Shown here piece after piece: positions 28,024-37,666 of a stretch of 64,000 bases of DNA. Each line of letters opens with the position of its first letter. The first letter of the stretch is position 1. Under the pieces are notes generated by a model, which ran no database searches, had not been told where the DNA came from, and saw nothing but the letters and a program-made list of their open reading frames with translations. The stretch is from an uncultured Gammaproteobacteria bacterium (GTDB taxonomy: Bacteria; Pseudomonadota; Gammaproteobacteria; SZUA-229): the NCBI GenBank assembly GCA_963924875.1, contig CAWUSX010000036.1, positions 31,129 through 95,128 of the forward strand. The letters run 5' to 3'. A program made the position numbers and the translations under genes.

Positions 28024-31000
28024 TTAATCAGTTAACAGATGCTGTTTTTTATACATCACTGCATAATAAACCACCGGAATAACGATAAGTGTTAAAACAG
28101 TGGAAACCAGTAAACCAAAAATCAATGATATAGCCAGGCCGCTAAAAATTGGATCATCAATAATAAAGAAGCCACCAATCATCGCGGCGATGCCGGTTAG
28201 AATAATAGGTTTAGCACGCACCGCGGCGGAACTAATAACGGCCTGCTGAAAATCCATACCGGTTTTCACTTGCTGATTAATAAAATCCACCAGTAAAATA
28301 GAATTGCGCACAATAATGCCGGCAAGTGCAATCATGCCTATCATTGATGTCGCGGTAAATTGTGCATCGAGCAAGGCATGACCCGGCATAATCCCAATCA
28401 CAGTGAGTGGGATCGGCGCCATAATCACCAAGGGCACTTTGTAGGAATGAAATTGTGCCACCACCAGCAAATAAATCATTAATAAGCCAACGGCATATGC
28501 CGCGCCCATATCACGGAAGGTTTCATAGGTTACCTGCCATTCGCCATCCCATTTAAGGCTGTATTCATAGGGATTATCGGGTTGTTTTGTATACCATTGT
28601 TTAAGGCCGTTCTGCTCAGTCAGGGTATCTGAAATATCCAGCATACCGTATAACGGGCTGTCCAGTTCTCCGGCAAGATCTGCGGTTACATAAACAACCG
28701 GTAATAAGTTTTTATGATAAATATTTCTCTCACGTTCCCCCTGCCTGATTGTGACCAGATCAGTTAACGGTACCAGTGCGCCACTAACAGATCTGACCTG
28801 AAGTGCCAGTACCTGCTCGAGGTCCGCTTTATCAGCATCTGCAAATTCAATGCGAATAGGAACCGCATACTTTAAATTTTTACCGTGCAGAAAAGTCACA
28901 TCCGTACCGGATAAAATAGTGGTTAGTGCATCACTGATAACCTGTTGCGATACACCCAGTCTGGCTGCGCGTTGACGATCAACAATTATGGTGATTTTTT
29001 CGGCCGGGTATTCCACGCTGTCATCCACATCAACAATATTTTCTGTGTTTTCAAAAATATTACGTAATTGCCTGGCCTGTTTTATTTGCCCCTCATAATC
29101 CAGCCCGTAAACCTCGGCGACTATGGGTGACATCACTGGTGGGCCGGGTGGTACTTCAACAATTTTCACATTACCAGCATATTGCCTGGCAATTTTTTGT
29201 AAGGGTTCGCGCACCGAGGTAGCGATTTCATGACTTTGTCTTTCGCGACTATCTTTGTCGATTAAATTCACCTGAATGTCGCCAACATTAGCGGCCTCAC
29301 GTAAATAGTACTGGCGGACCAATCCATTAAAACTGATGGGTGCTGCAGTACCTGCATAAATTTCATAATCATTTACTTCATTCAGCTCACCAATATATTG
29401 CCCCATTTCATATAACACACGGCTGGTTTGTTCAAGGCTTGTGCCTTCGGGCATATCCAGAACAATCTGAAACTCACCCTTATTATCAGAAGGCAGCATT
29501 TTTAGTACAACGGCCTGAAACATAACCAGTGAAAGGGCGGCAAAAATAAGTAGCATTATTGAACCCAGCAGTAACCAGCGATTACGATTGCCCTGATTTT
29601 CACGCAGAAAGGGCGTCATTACGCGGCTAAAAAATCGTGACATCTTGTTGGCTTGCTGAGAGTCTTCAACGCCTTCGCCGCTATGCTGTTTTGTATTACG
29701 CAACATGATATTGCTGAACCAGGGGGTGAAGACAAAAGCGATAACCAATGATGCCAACATGCCCATGCTGGCATTAATGGGAATTGGGCTCATGTAGGGG
29801 CCCATTAAACCAGACACAAATGCCATTGGCAGCAAGGCGGCAATAACCGTAAAGGTTGCGAGTATCGTAGGGCTACCTACTTCATCAACCGCAATGGGAA
29901 TTAAATCAACCAACTTGCGTTTGCCCATTGCCATATGGCGATGAATGTTTTCCACCACCACAATGGCATCGTCGACCAGAATACCGATAGAAAAAATCAG
30001 CGCAAACAGAGAAACCCGGTTCAAGGTAAAGCCATAAGCCCAGGAGGCAAACAGGGTAATTAAGAGTGTAACCGCAACCGCCGCACCCACAATCAGACCC
30101 TCGCGCCAGCCCAGTGCCCACATCACTAATAAAATTACCGCGGTGGTTTCAATGATTAATTTATGTATGAGTTTTTCTGATTTGGCCTGAGCGGTAAGGC
30201 CATAATTTCGAGTGATGCTAACTTCAACACCATCGGGTATAAATGTGCCGCGCAATTCATCAAGTCGCTGAATGACCTGATTTGCTATATCAACCGCGTT
30301 GCTGCCGGGTTTTTTGGCAATCGCCAGAGTGACGGCGGGTTGAGGATTGTTGATGGCTTTTTGATTTGTAGTGTTTTCATGCGGATTTGTTTTGCTGCCT
30401 TTTCCAGAGGCAATTGAAACATATTGCGATGGTGAATCAACGCCATGTTCAATACTTGCGACATCCTGCAAATACACGGCTTTACCATCGAATACGCCAA
30501 CCACCAGTTCAGCTATTTCATCTGCCGAGCTTAAAAACATACCCGCCTGAAGTAAAATTTCCCGGTTATCAGTGGTCACCGTTAAATCATTACGTGCACT
30601 ATTTGCGGTGCGTAGTGCATTGCTCAGACTAGCGATATCAATGTTGTAACCGGACAGTGCCTGAGGATCGAGCAATACACGTATAACGCGCGTCGGGCTA
30701 CCAATGGTGTAAATATCACGCGTACCTGTAATACGTTTTAGTTCTGTTTCTAATGCGTGTGCAACCTGGCTTAATTCAAAGGCACCGGTTTGGGCATTTT
30801 TCGACCACAGCGTCACCGCAATAATGGGTACATCATCAATGCCTTTGGGTTTAATGATGGGTTGTCCTACACCCAGATTCGCAGGTAGCCAATCCTGATT
30901 CGAATACAGTTTGTTATACAGTCGAACGATGGCTGCGGTGCGATTTTCACCTACCAGAAACTGCACAGTAAGCACCGCCATGCCGGGTGTTGAAGTGGAG

Positions 31001-31260
31001 TAAACATGCTCAATTCCGCTGATTTCTGATATCACCTGTTCAGCTGGCGTTGCTACAAGGCTTTCAACCTCTGAGGCGGTCGCGCCCGGGAACGGAATAA
31101 ACACATTCGCAAAGGTGACATTAATTTGCGGGTCTTCTTCACGCGGTGTAATTAATACCGCAAACACACCAAGTAAAACACCAACCAGCGCAAGTAACGG
31201 CGTAATCTGCGTCGTCAAAAAATGTTTGGCGGTGCTGCCGGAAATACCAAGCTTAGTCAT
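28024..31260 (-). CDS. RND efflux transporter permease
   Basis: 1078-aa ORF with RND topology and the conserved VDDAIVVVENI motif. Its start overlaps the adaptor gene stop by 8 nt. Confidence 0.9.
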   Translation of the reverse strand: MTKLGISGSTAKHFLTTQITPLLALVGVLLGVFAVLITPREEDPQINVTFANVFIPFPGATASEVESLVATPAEQVISEISGIEHVYSTSTPGMAVLTVQFLVGENRTAAIVRLYNKLYSNQDWLPANLGVGQPIIKPKGIDDVPIIAVTLWSKNAQTGAFELSQVAHALETELKRITGTRDIYTIGSPTRVIRVLLDPQALSGYNIDIASLSNALRTANSARNDLTVTTDNREILLQAGMFLSSADEIAELVVGVFDGKAVYLQDVASIEHGVDSPSQYVSIASGKGSKTNPHENTTNQKAINNPQPAVTLAIAKKPGSNAVDIANQVIQRLDELRGTFIPDGVEVSITRNYGLTAQAKSEKLIHKLIIETTAVILLVMWALGWREGLIVGAAVAVTLLITLFASWAYGFTLNRVSLFALIFSIGILVDDAIVVVENIHRHMAMGKRKLVDLIPIAVDEVGSPTILATFTVIAALLPMAFVSGLMGPYMSPIPINASMGMLASLVIAFVFTPWFSNIMLRNTKQHSGEGVEDSQQANKMSRFFSRVMTPFLRENQGNRNRWLLLGSIMLLIFAALSLVMFQAVVLKMLPSDNKGEFQIVLDMPEGTSLEQTSRVLYEMGQYIGELNEVNDYEIYAGTAAPISFNGLVRQYYLREAANVGDIQVNLIDKDSRERQSHEIATSVREPLQKIARQYAGNVKIVEVPPGPPVMSPIVAEVYGLDYEGQIKQARQLRNIFENTENIVDVDDSVEYPAEKITIIVDRQRAARLGVSQQVISDALTTILSGTDVTFLHGKNLKYAVPIRIEFADADKADLEQVLALQVRSVSGALVPLTDLVTIRQGERERNIYHKNLLPVVYVTADLAGELDSPLYGMLDISDTLTEQNGLKQWYTKQPDNPYEYSLKWDGEWQVTYETFRDMGAAYAVGLLMIYLLVVAQFHSYKVPLVIMAPIPLTVIGIMPGHALLDAQFTATSMIGMIALAGIIVRNSILLVDFINQQVKTGMDFQQAVISSAAVRAKPIILTGIAAMIGGFFIIDDPIFSGLAISLIFGLLVSTVLTLIVIPVVYYAVMYKKQHLLTD

Positions 31261-32380
31261 CAGCTTGTCCTACCGATTGTTGGCGGCGCTGTTGCATGGT
31301 ATTAATTCCAGCCTGAATTGGGTCTAATGCTACGCGTTCACCTTCGTCAAGGCCGGATAAAATGGCCTGATTGCCATTATTAATATTCCCCAGACGCACC
31401 TGTCTGAAATTTATATTTCCATCATCAGATACCACATAAACAGCGGTTACCTCAGAGCGATGAGCAATGCTTTTTTGTGGAACCATCAATACCTGTTTTT
31501 CTCCGGTGACCAGAGCGGCTTTAACAAACATACCGGGAAACAGGCCTTCAATGCCTTCAGGCAAATCCAGTCTGACTTTGAAGGTGTTTGCGATTTGATC
31601 GGCAATTGGGAATATAGTAATTTTTTCCACGGCCACCTGCGTTTGCTCGGCGCTGGCCGAGGCATCGGTATAAACAAAGGCCTTGCCGTGTTGGCGAATA
31701 TTATTTATTAATTTTTGCGGTACATTTACATTCACTCGGAGTTTATTCAGTGAGACACCAGTCATTAGTTTAGAGCCGGCCTGTACGGTTTCACCCGCTT
31801 CAACATGGCGCTCGGTTACGATGCCGCTGTAAGGTGCCTTTATCCGGGTATACGATAATTGTTCATTGGCTTCATCAAGGCTTGCCCTGGCAGACTCTAA
31901 ACGTGCCTTTGCTACAGTCAATGCATTTGTCGTGGCATCCATGGTGGATTTGGAAACAAGCTTTTTGGCGTAAATATCCTTAATGCGTTTATATTCATCC
32001 TGCGCATTTGATAGATTGGATATAGCCTCTTTTTCACCCGCCTGTGCCTTTTTTAGCTGTGCCTGTTGTGACGTATCCTTCAGTTGAATAAGTAGGATGC
32101 CTTTCTCTACATAATCTTCAACATCAAATAGAATTTTTTGAATAGTGCCGGATGTCTGGGCGGAAACGGTTGCTTTGTTGATAGCTTCAACCGTGCCATC
32201 TAAACGAAACTCTCGGCTTAATAAATTTGCGCTAACGATAGCGGTTTCTAGTTTAGGTAATGTGCTCTCTGCTAGCGCAGGTTGTAGTGGTGCGAATTGT
32301 AAGAGCGTGAGCATGAAAGCAAAAAACAACCACTTTGAAGCAAAGAGCTGATTATGCAGAGGGAATTTTAAATTAATCAT
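31253..32380 (-). CDS. RND efflux periplasmic adaptor (membrane fusion protein, HlyD_D23 type)
   Basis: The tracked ORF starts at 32434. The start MINLKFPL... at 32380 gives a signal/TM segment followed by coiled-coil, lipoyl and beta-barrel regions. Confidence 0.85.
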   Translation of the reverse strand: MINLKFPLHNQLFASKWLFFAFMLTLLQFAPLQPALAESTLPKLETAIVSANLLSREFRLDGTVEAINKATVSAQTSGTIQKILFDVEDYVEKGILLIQLKDTSQQAQLKKAQAGEKEAISNLSNAQDEYKRIKDIYAKKLVSKSTMDATTNALTVAKARLESARASLDEANEQLSYTRIKAPYSGIVTERHVEAGETVQAGSKLMTGVSLNKLRVNVNVPQKLINNIRQHGKAFVYTDASASAEQTQVAVEKITIFPIADQIANTFKVRLDLPEGIEGLFPGMFVKAALVTGEKQVLMVPQKSIAHRSEVTAVYVVSDDGNINFRQVRLGNINNGNQAILSGLDEGERVALDPIQAGINTMQQRRQQSVGQADD

Positions 32381-32841
32381 ATTATCGCCTGAATGTAGAA
32401 ACGCCATGCCTTGTATATTGAGGGATATTAACAAATCTTTAGTTTAAGAATTAAAAAATCACAAGTGCTCATTATTTAGTGTGGATAAACAGGTGCTTAA
32501 TCGGCATAGAATTTTTAACAAAATACACGCTATGTCTTACCCGCTTATTAATACAACAATTTTACAAACACAGAATACTTGCAGCTACTAGTGAGAACAC
32601 TTGTTCGATGTTACTCCTGTTTGCTATCAGGTGTAAGTTGAATAAATATATTCCAGGCCCCACAAGAATATTATTCATCATGCCTGTTTATCTCTGTAGC
32701 TTACTTGTTAAAAGTAAATTTTCAGTGGCGAATAAAAGGTTTTGTCAGTGGTTTAAATAAACTTATATAGTAGAGATATATCTGCTTAATAAATAATTAT
32801 TTTTTAATCTAGATTGAAATCTATCGATAAAAAATTATAAA

Positions 32842-33579
32842 TCACGCCACTAAACGATCAGAGATTTTTTTGCCGGCACCTTTCACTAACTTTACCCATG
32901 CCTGTTTGCGGCGCTCAATCGGTGCAGATATCGACAGGCCCGCGATTACTCGGCGGTTACTGTCATAAATTAACACGCCAATGCAGCCGACACCTTCTTC
33001 TGCCTCTTCATCGTCGTAGGCAAAACCCAGGTTGTGAGATTGCTGAGTGGCATTTATTAAATCTGCTTCGGTAGTGAGGGTGTGTTGTGTGTAGGACTTA
33101 AGTCCGCTGCGGCTGGCGTAAGCGTGAATAAAGTGCTCGCCTAATTCTGCCAGCATGAGTTTTCCTACCGCCGTAACGTGTAATGGCGCACGGCTGCCAA
33201 TCACTTGCTCAACGCGCATCATGCGCTTCGGAGTGACACGTTCAATGTAAACGACTTCATCGCCTTCGCGCACGGTGAGGTTAACGGTTTCACCAATTTC
33301 ATCGCACAGTGCCTGCATTACGTCGAGCGCCGTTCCTCTAAGGTCAACACCACGGCGTACCTTGCTTGCCAGGCGAACCAGCTTATTGCCCAGCATATAA
33401 TGTCCGCCGGTATTTTTTTCTACAAATCCGGCCTCCATTAAGGCGGCAAGAATGCGAAAGGCGGTGGATGGGTGCAGGCCACTGTCGGCGGAGAGCATTT
33501 TTAGGCTAACTGGCTCATTGTATGTGCTAATTGCATCTAATAAACTGGCGCAACGATCTATGACTTGTATTGATGACAT
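32842..33579 (-). CDS. IclR-family transcriptional regulator
   Basis: 245-aa ORF with an N-terminal wHTH (SLKMLSADSGLHPSTAFRIL) and an IclR effector domain. It is divergent from the ThDP-enzyme gene. Confidence 0.85.
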   Translation of the reverse strand: MSSIQVIDRCASLLDAISTYNEPVSLKMLSADSGLHPSTAFRILAALMEAGFVEKNTGGHYMLGNKLVRLASKVRRGVDLRGTALDVMQALCDEIGETVNLTVREGDEVVYIERVTPKRMMRVEQVIGSRAPLHVTAVGKLMLAELGEHFIHAYASRSGLKSYTQHTLTTEADLINATQQSHNLGFAYDDEEAEEGVGCIGVLIYDSNRRVIAGLSISAPIERRKQAWVKLVKGAGKKISDRLVA

Positions 33580-33590
33580 AAGGCCTATAA

Positions 33591-33737
33591 TTTCATAATG
33601 TGAAAACGATTGTGTATTGTAAAATTATATAACCTGAGATAAGGTTTGCACAAGTACTAAATTGAGCGGTTAAATTAATAGCCGCTTTTTTTGGGTATCT
33701 AAATTTCACAATGCGAAATGATAGTTGCAATGTGAAA
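33591..33737. promoter_or_regulatory. Divergent promoter region with a repeated AATG(T/C)GAAA motif (candidate IclR operator sites)
   Basis: TTTCATAATGTGAAA (33591-33605) and ATTTCACAATGCGAAAT (33703-33719) are palindromic. A third half-site, AATGTGAAA, lies at 33729-33737. Confidence 0.4.
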
Positions 33738-33784
33738 TATGAAACAAATAGATAGCAACAACTAATAGAACGAGGGTTTCCCCC

Positions 33785-36006
33785 ATGAGTAGTCATACGA
33801 GCAGCAACAATTCAAATATTCCAGACTTTTGTCAGGGCATTCAGCACTTCGGTGAGAAGTGGCCTGATTTCGACAAACATGCTGCTCAGGCAGTAATTGC
33901 CGAAGGCAGCAAGGCTATTGCTAATAGTGCCGATGACAACAGCGTATACCAAACATTACTGGCCGCCGATGCATTGCGTTACCTCACACTTCAGGTAACG
34001 GGCTCTAAAGGCAGCGGTCACCCCGGTGGTTTCGCATCCAGTGCTGAAGCGCATGCCTCTTTAATGATGCTGGGTCACACGAATATAGTGACCGAAGTAG
34101 GCCACCATGCACCGGGTTTTTATTCCTCTATGTTCCTTGATAGCTCATTGGAAGACATGGGTATTAATACCATGGACGATATGATGGCGCGTTTCCGTGA
34201 ACGCCACGGTTTGCTGGGTCACTTGTCCGGTGCTATTCCCGGTTTGTTGGCACCCGCAGGCCCACTGGGTCAGGGTCAGCATTTTGCTATGGCCGGGGCT
34301 TATTTGCACCGTGATAAATTATTCCCGGTAACCATTGGTGATGGCGGCATGGGCGAGCCTTATGTGCTCAACTCAATGATGCACTTCACACGGCTTACCC
34401 AGACGTAACCAACTTTTTGCCTTGTCTAATCTGGAACGGTTATTCGCAGGAACATCATTCAATGGTGTCCTTGCATGATAATGAACAGATGATTAACTAC
34501 TGGACGGGCCACGGCTTCGAAGAAGTTATTCTTATTGATGCAAAAGATTTTGACGACAGCAAGCAGGAAGGCGCTTATGTAGACAGTAGTCGTTTTTCAT
34601 TAAAGCAACGATTGGCGTTTACCAAAGCGGTATTGCAAGGTGTTGATGCCGCTGCTAAATCGGCAATGGGTGGCAAGTTAACCGCCTTCATTATTAAGCA
34701 ATTAAAAGGTAGCGGCGTGCACACCGTTGGTGCCAAGTCACATAACCTATATCCTGCGGATACATTAGATCAGCCGCACATAATAGATGGCCTAAAGCGT
34801 CGTGCATTACCACCAGAGGCATGGCAATTGGTGCGTGATAACTTACGCCGCGCGGGTGGTGGCCCAGCATCTAAAACAGTGGTTACCGAAGGTGAATTGA
34901 AATTTGCCGCACTACCAAAATTGAACATGCAGGAGTTCGCGAAAGGTGAAAAGGCAGTACCTTCTACTGCTATGGGCGAGCTGGTAGGCCAAATGGGTAA
35001 ATCGGACGAACGCTATGTGGTAACCAATGCAGATGGTAACGAGGCATCGGCAATGAAAAACATTAACGACGCGTTAAAAATTCGTCACCCAACACAGGAT
35101 CCACTCTACAACCAGGAGCCGAATGGTCAGGTTTATGAACCATTAAATGAAGATGCCTGTGCAGGTTTTGCAGCAGCGTTAGCATTATTTGGTTCACGTT
35201 CTATCTGGTTGTCGTATGAATCATTTGCGATTAATGGCTGGCCGATTATGCAAACCGTTGCGCAGGCAATGGCAGAGCTACGCCGTAAAACACCGTCGAC
35301 ATTATGTATGTTTACCGCCGGCGCATTAGAGCAAGGTCGAAATGGCTGGACGCATCAACGCCCGGAAATAGAAAACTATTTTTCAGCGATGATGCGTAAC
35401 GGTAATTCATTTCCATTGTTTCCCTGTGATGCCAATGGTATTCAAACGGCATTTGAATATGCGACCGGAAGTTACAACAAGAGCATGGTGATTATTGCTT
35501 CGAAAAGTCCATTGCCAATTTACATGACAATAGATGAATCGCGTAAGGCAATGGAAGAGGGTGCAGCAACTATTTATGAATCTGCATCGGGAAGCAAAGG
35601 TACGGTTGTATTTGCAGTAACCGGCGACATGGTATTCCTGCCCGTATTTGAGGCCAAAGAAAAAATGGAAGCGGCGGGCTATAAAGTACGCATCGTTGCA
35701 GTTGTTAACCCACGTCGTTTGTATCGTGAAACAGACATAGCCTGGGATACGGTTTCACAACCCGATAACAAGTTTATGGATGATGCGCAGTTTAATGCAC
35801 TGTTTGATGGCGATGCATTGTTGGCAGTTAGTGGTGGCCCGAGTGGCGCACTGGAGCCTGTATTGCTGCGTACTCGTGCGCCAAAACGTGATACTTTTTG
35901 CTGGAAACGTGGTGAAACTACCGCATCCCCAGCAGAGATCATGGCATTCAATGGCATCACAGCCGATGCAATGATGTCGCGTGTTGAAGATTTTTTTGCG
36001 GGCTAA
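33785..36006 (+). pseudogene. Transketolase/phosphoketolase-superfamily ThDP-dependent enzyme, disrupted by a 1-nt frameshift (ORF fragments 33785-34408 and 34417-36006)
   Basis: Fragment 1 has the GSGHPGG and GDGGMGEP motifs. The second frame is open from 34342. Read through 34387, it continues ...HTAYPDVTNFLPCLIWNGYSQ. The GDG-X(about 30)-N ThDP-binding motif is therefore split between the two frames. Confidence 0.7.
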
Positions 36007-36032
36007 TAAAGCAGTTAAGTAAGGTCAATGCA

Positions 36033-36067
36033 TTTATTTCGCGGGGTAAATTGCCCTGCGAAATAAA
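36033..36067 (+). promoter_or_regulatory. Intercistronic stem-loop
   Basis: TTTATTTCGCGGGG-TAAATTG-CCCTGCGAAATAAA forms a 14-bp stem with one G-U pair. There is no U-tract on either strand. Confidence 0.4.
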
Positions 36068-36117
36068 GCCTTAAATAAAAAAATAATTTATTAAGAAAAT
36101 TGAATGAGTAAAACTAG

Positions 36118-37440
36118 ATGAGCAAAACAAAAATCATTGTACTGGATGACGACCCAACAGGTTCGCAGACGGTGCACAGTTGTTTGTTGTTAACACGCTG
36201 GGATGTGGAAACATTAAAGCAGGGCTTAACGGATGCAGCGCCATTGTTTTTTGTACTCACCAATACACGTGGCATGAGTGCAACGGATGCGGCTAAGCTA
36301 ACCCGCGAAGTGTGTGTGAACTTACGTGCAGCATTAAAACTACTGGCGGCGCAGGGTAATGATATAAATCCATTACTGGTGAGTCGATCCGATTCAACCT
36401 TGCGAGGCCACTATCCGGTAGAAACGGATATTATCGCCGAAGAGCTGGGGCCATTTGATGCACACTTTATGGTGCCCGCATTTTTTGAAGGTGGGCGTAT
36501 TACTATCGACAGTATTCATTATTTGATGGTAGATGGTAAGCCGGTGCCGGTGCATGAAACAGAGTTTGCACGTGATTCAGTATTTGCTTACTCGCACAGT
36601 TATTTGCCGGATTATGTTGAAGAAAAAACCAGCGGGCGAATTAAAGCAGCGCAGGTTGAACGTTTTGTATTGCAGGATGTTCACGGTGATTCATCGGCAA
36701 GATTACTGGCATTAAATGGCAATCAATGTTGTGTGGTTGATGGTGAAATACAAAGTGATCTTAATCATTTTTGTGCGCAGTTAATGCAGGCCGCCGAAAA
36801 AGGCAAACGCTTTCTATTTCGCAGTGCCGCGAGTTTGTTAACGGCATTGGCGCAATTGCCGGCACAGCCGGTTGCCGCGAGTAAAATGCGTGAATATGTG
36901 CGCGATAATAAAGCCGGTGCGGTGATTGTTGGCTCGCATGTAAGTAAAACAACAAAACAGCTAAATCACCTGTTGCAGCAAGAAGGCATACAGGGAATTG
37001 AAATTGATGTTAAAAAAATTGCCACGCAGCGCAAGCAGCTACTCGCTGATGTAATTGCAGAAACACAGGATTGTCATGCAAAAAATATAACGCCGGTAGT
37101 CTACACCAGCCGTACGGAATTAAAATTCAAAGATCAGCAAACACGACTGGCATTTGGTGAACAGGTGTCTGCATTCTTGATGGACGTGGTGAGAAATTTA
37201 CCTGCAACAACAGGGTTTTTAATCAGCAAGGGTGGCATTACGTCTAATGATGTATTGAGTGATGGTTTGGCCCTGCGCACCTCGCGCGTGGTCGGGCAGA
37301 TCCTCGCGGGCTGTTCAGTAGTGCGTTGCCCGAAAGATCATCCGCGTTACCCTGAAATGCCGGTGGTTATTTTCCCCGGTAATGTAGGTGACGATGAGGC
37401 GTTGGCAACGGTTTATCAACGGATAAAGCCAGTTGATTAA
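36118..37440 (+). CDS. Four-carbon acid sugar kinase family protein (DUF1537; OtnK/DtnK-like)
   Basis: 440-aa ORF with the N-terminal VLDDDPTGSQT signature and the two-domain length typical of DUF1537 kinases. Confidence 0.8.
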   Translation: MSKTKIIVLDDDPTGSQTVHSCLLLTRWDVETLKQGLTDAAPLFFVLTNTRGMSATDAAKLTREVCVNLRAALKLLAAQGNDINPLLVSRSDSTLRGHYPVETDIIAEELGPFDAHFMVPAFFEGGRITIDSIHYLMVDGKPVPVHETEFARDSVFAYSHSYLPDYVEEKTSGRIKAAQVERFVLQDVHGDSSARLLALNGNQCCVVDGEIQSDLNHFCAQLMQAAEKGKRFLFRSAASLLTALAQLPAQPVAASKMREYVRDNKAGAVIVGSHVSKTTKQLNHLLQQEGIQGIEIDVKKIATQRKQLLADVIAETQDCHAKNITPVVYTSRTELKFKDQQTRLAFGEQVSAFLMDVVRNLPATTGFLISKGGITSNDVLSDGLALRTSRVVGQILAGCSVVRCPKDHPRYPEMPVVIFPGNVGDDEALATVYQRIKPVD

Positions 37441-37666
37441 ATGTGGCAGATAATTATCCGCTTATCCTTTTAATTAAGATGTAGGGTGGAACAAGTAAAA
37501 CGGTTCCACCAAAAGGCTACAAAAAATTCATAGTCATAGGTTGAATGTTTAATGTGGCAGGCATACAGCCTTATTTTATGTGCCCATTTTATTAAGACGT
37601 AAAATATCTGGAGAGGTGTATATCGGAATTATAATCAGCTAAATTCGGAGCGGAAATTATTTATTT

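Noticed and set aside
32479-32760. 93-aa ORF in the adaptor-iclR intergenic region
   Set aside because: It lies in AT-rich DNA, has no Shine-Dalgarno sequence, and its composition does not resemble a protein family. It is more likely promoter or spacer DNA.
34385-34420. Programmed ribosomal frameshift or a genuine two-subunit split of the transketolase-like gene
   Set aside because: There is no slippery heptamer or downstream pseudoknot-like structure. The break falls inside the ThDP-binding motif rather than at a domain boundary. The second ORF would need a TTG start and has no ribosome-binding site. A lesion or sequencing error is more parsimonious.
37440-37560. Direct repeat AATGTGGCAG (37440-37449 and 37551-37560), plus an 8-bp hairpin (GGTGGAAC...GTTCCACC) between the convergent kinase genes
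   Set aside because: A 10-mer recurring once is within chance expectation for a window this size. The hairpin lacks a U-tract on either strand. I found no further copies that would suggest a REP family or att sites.
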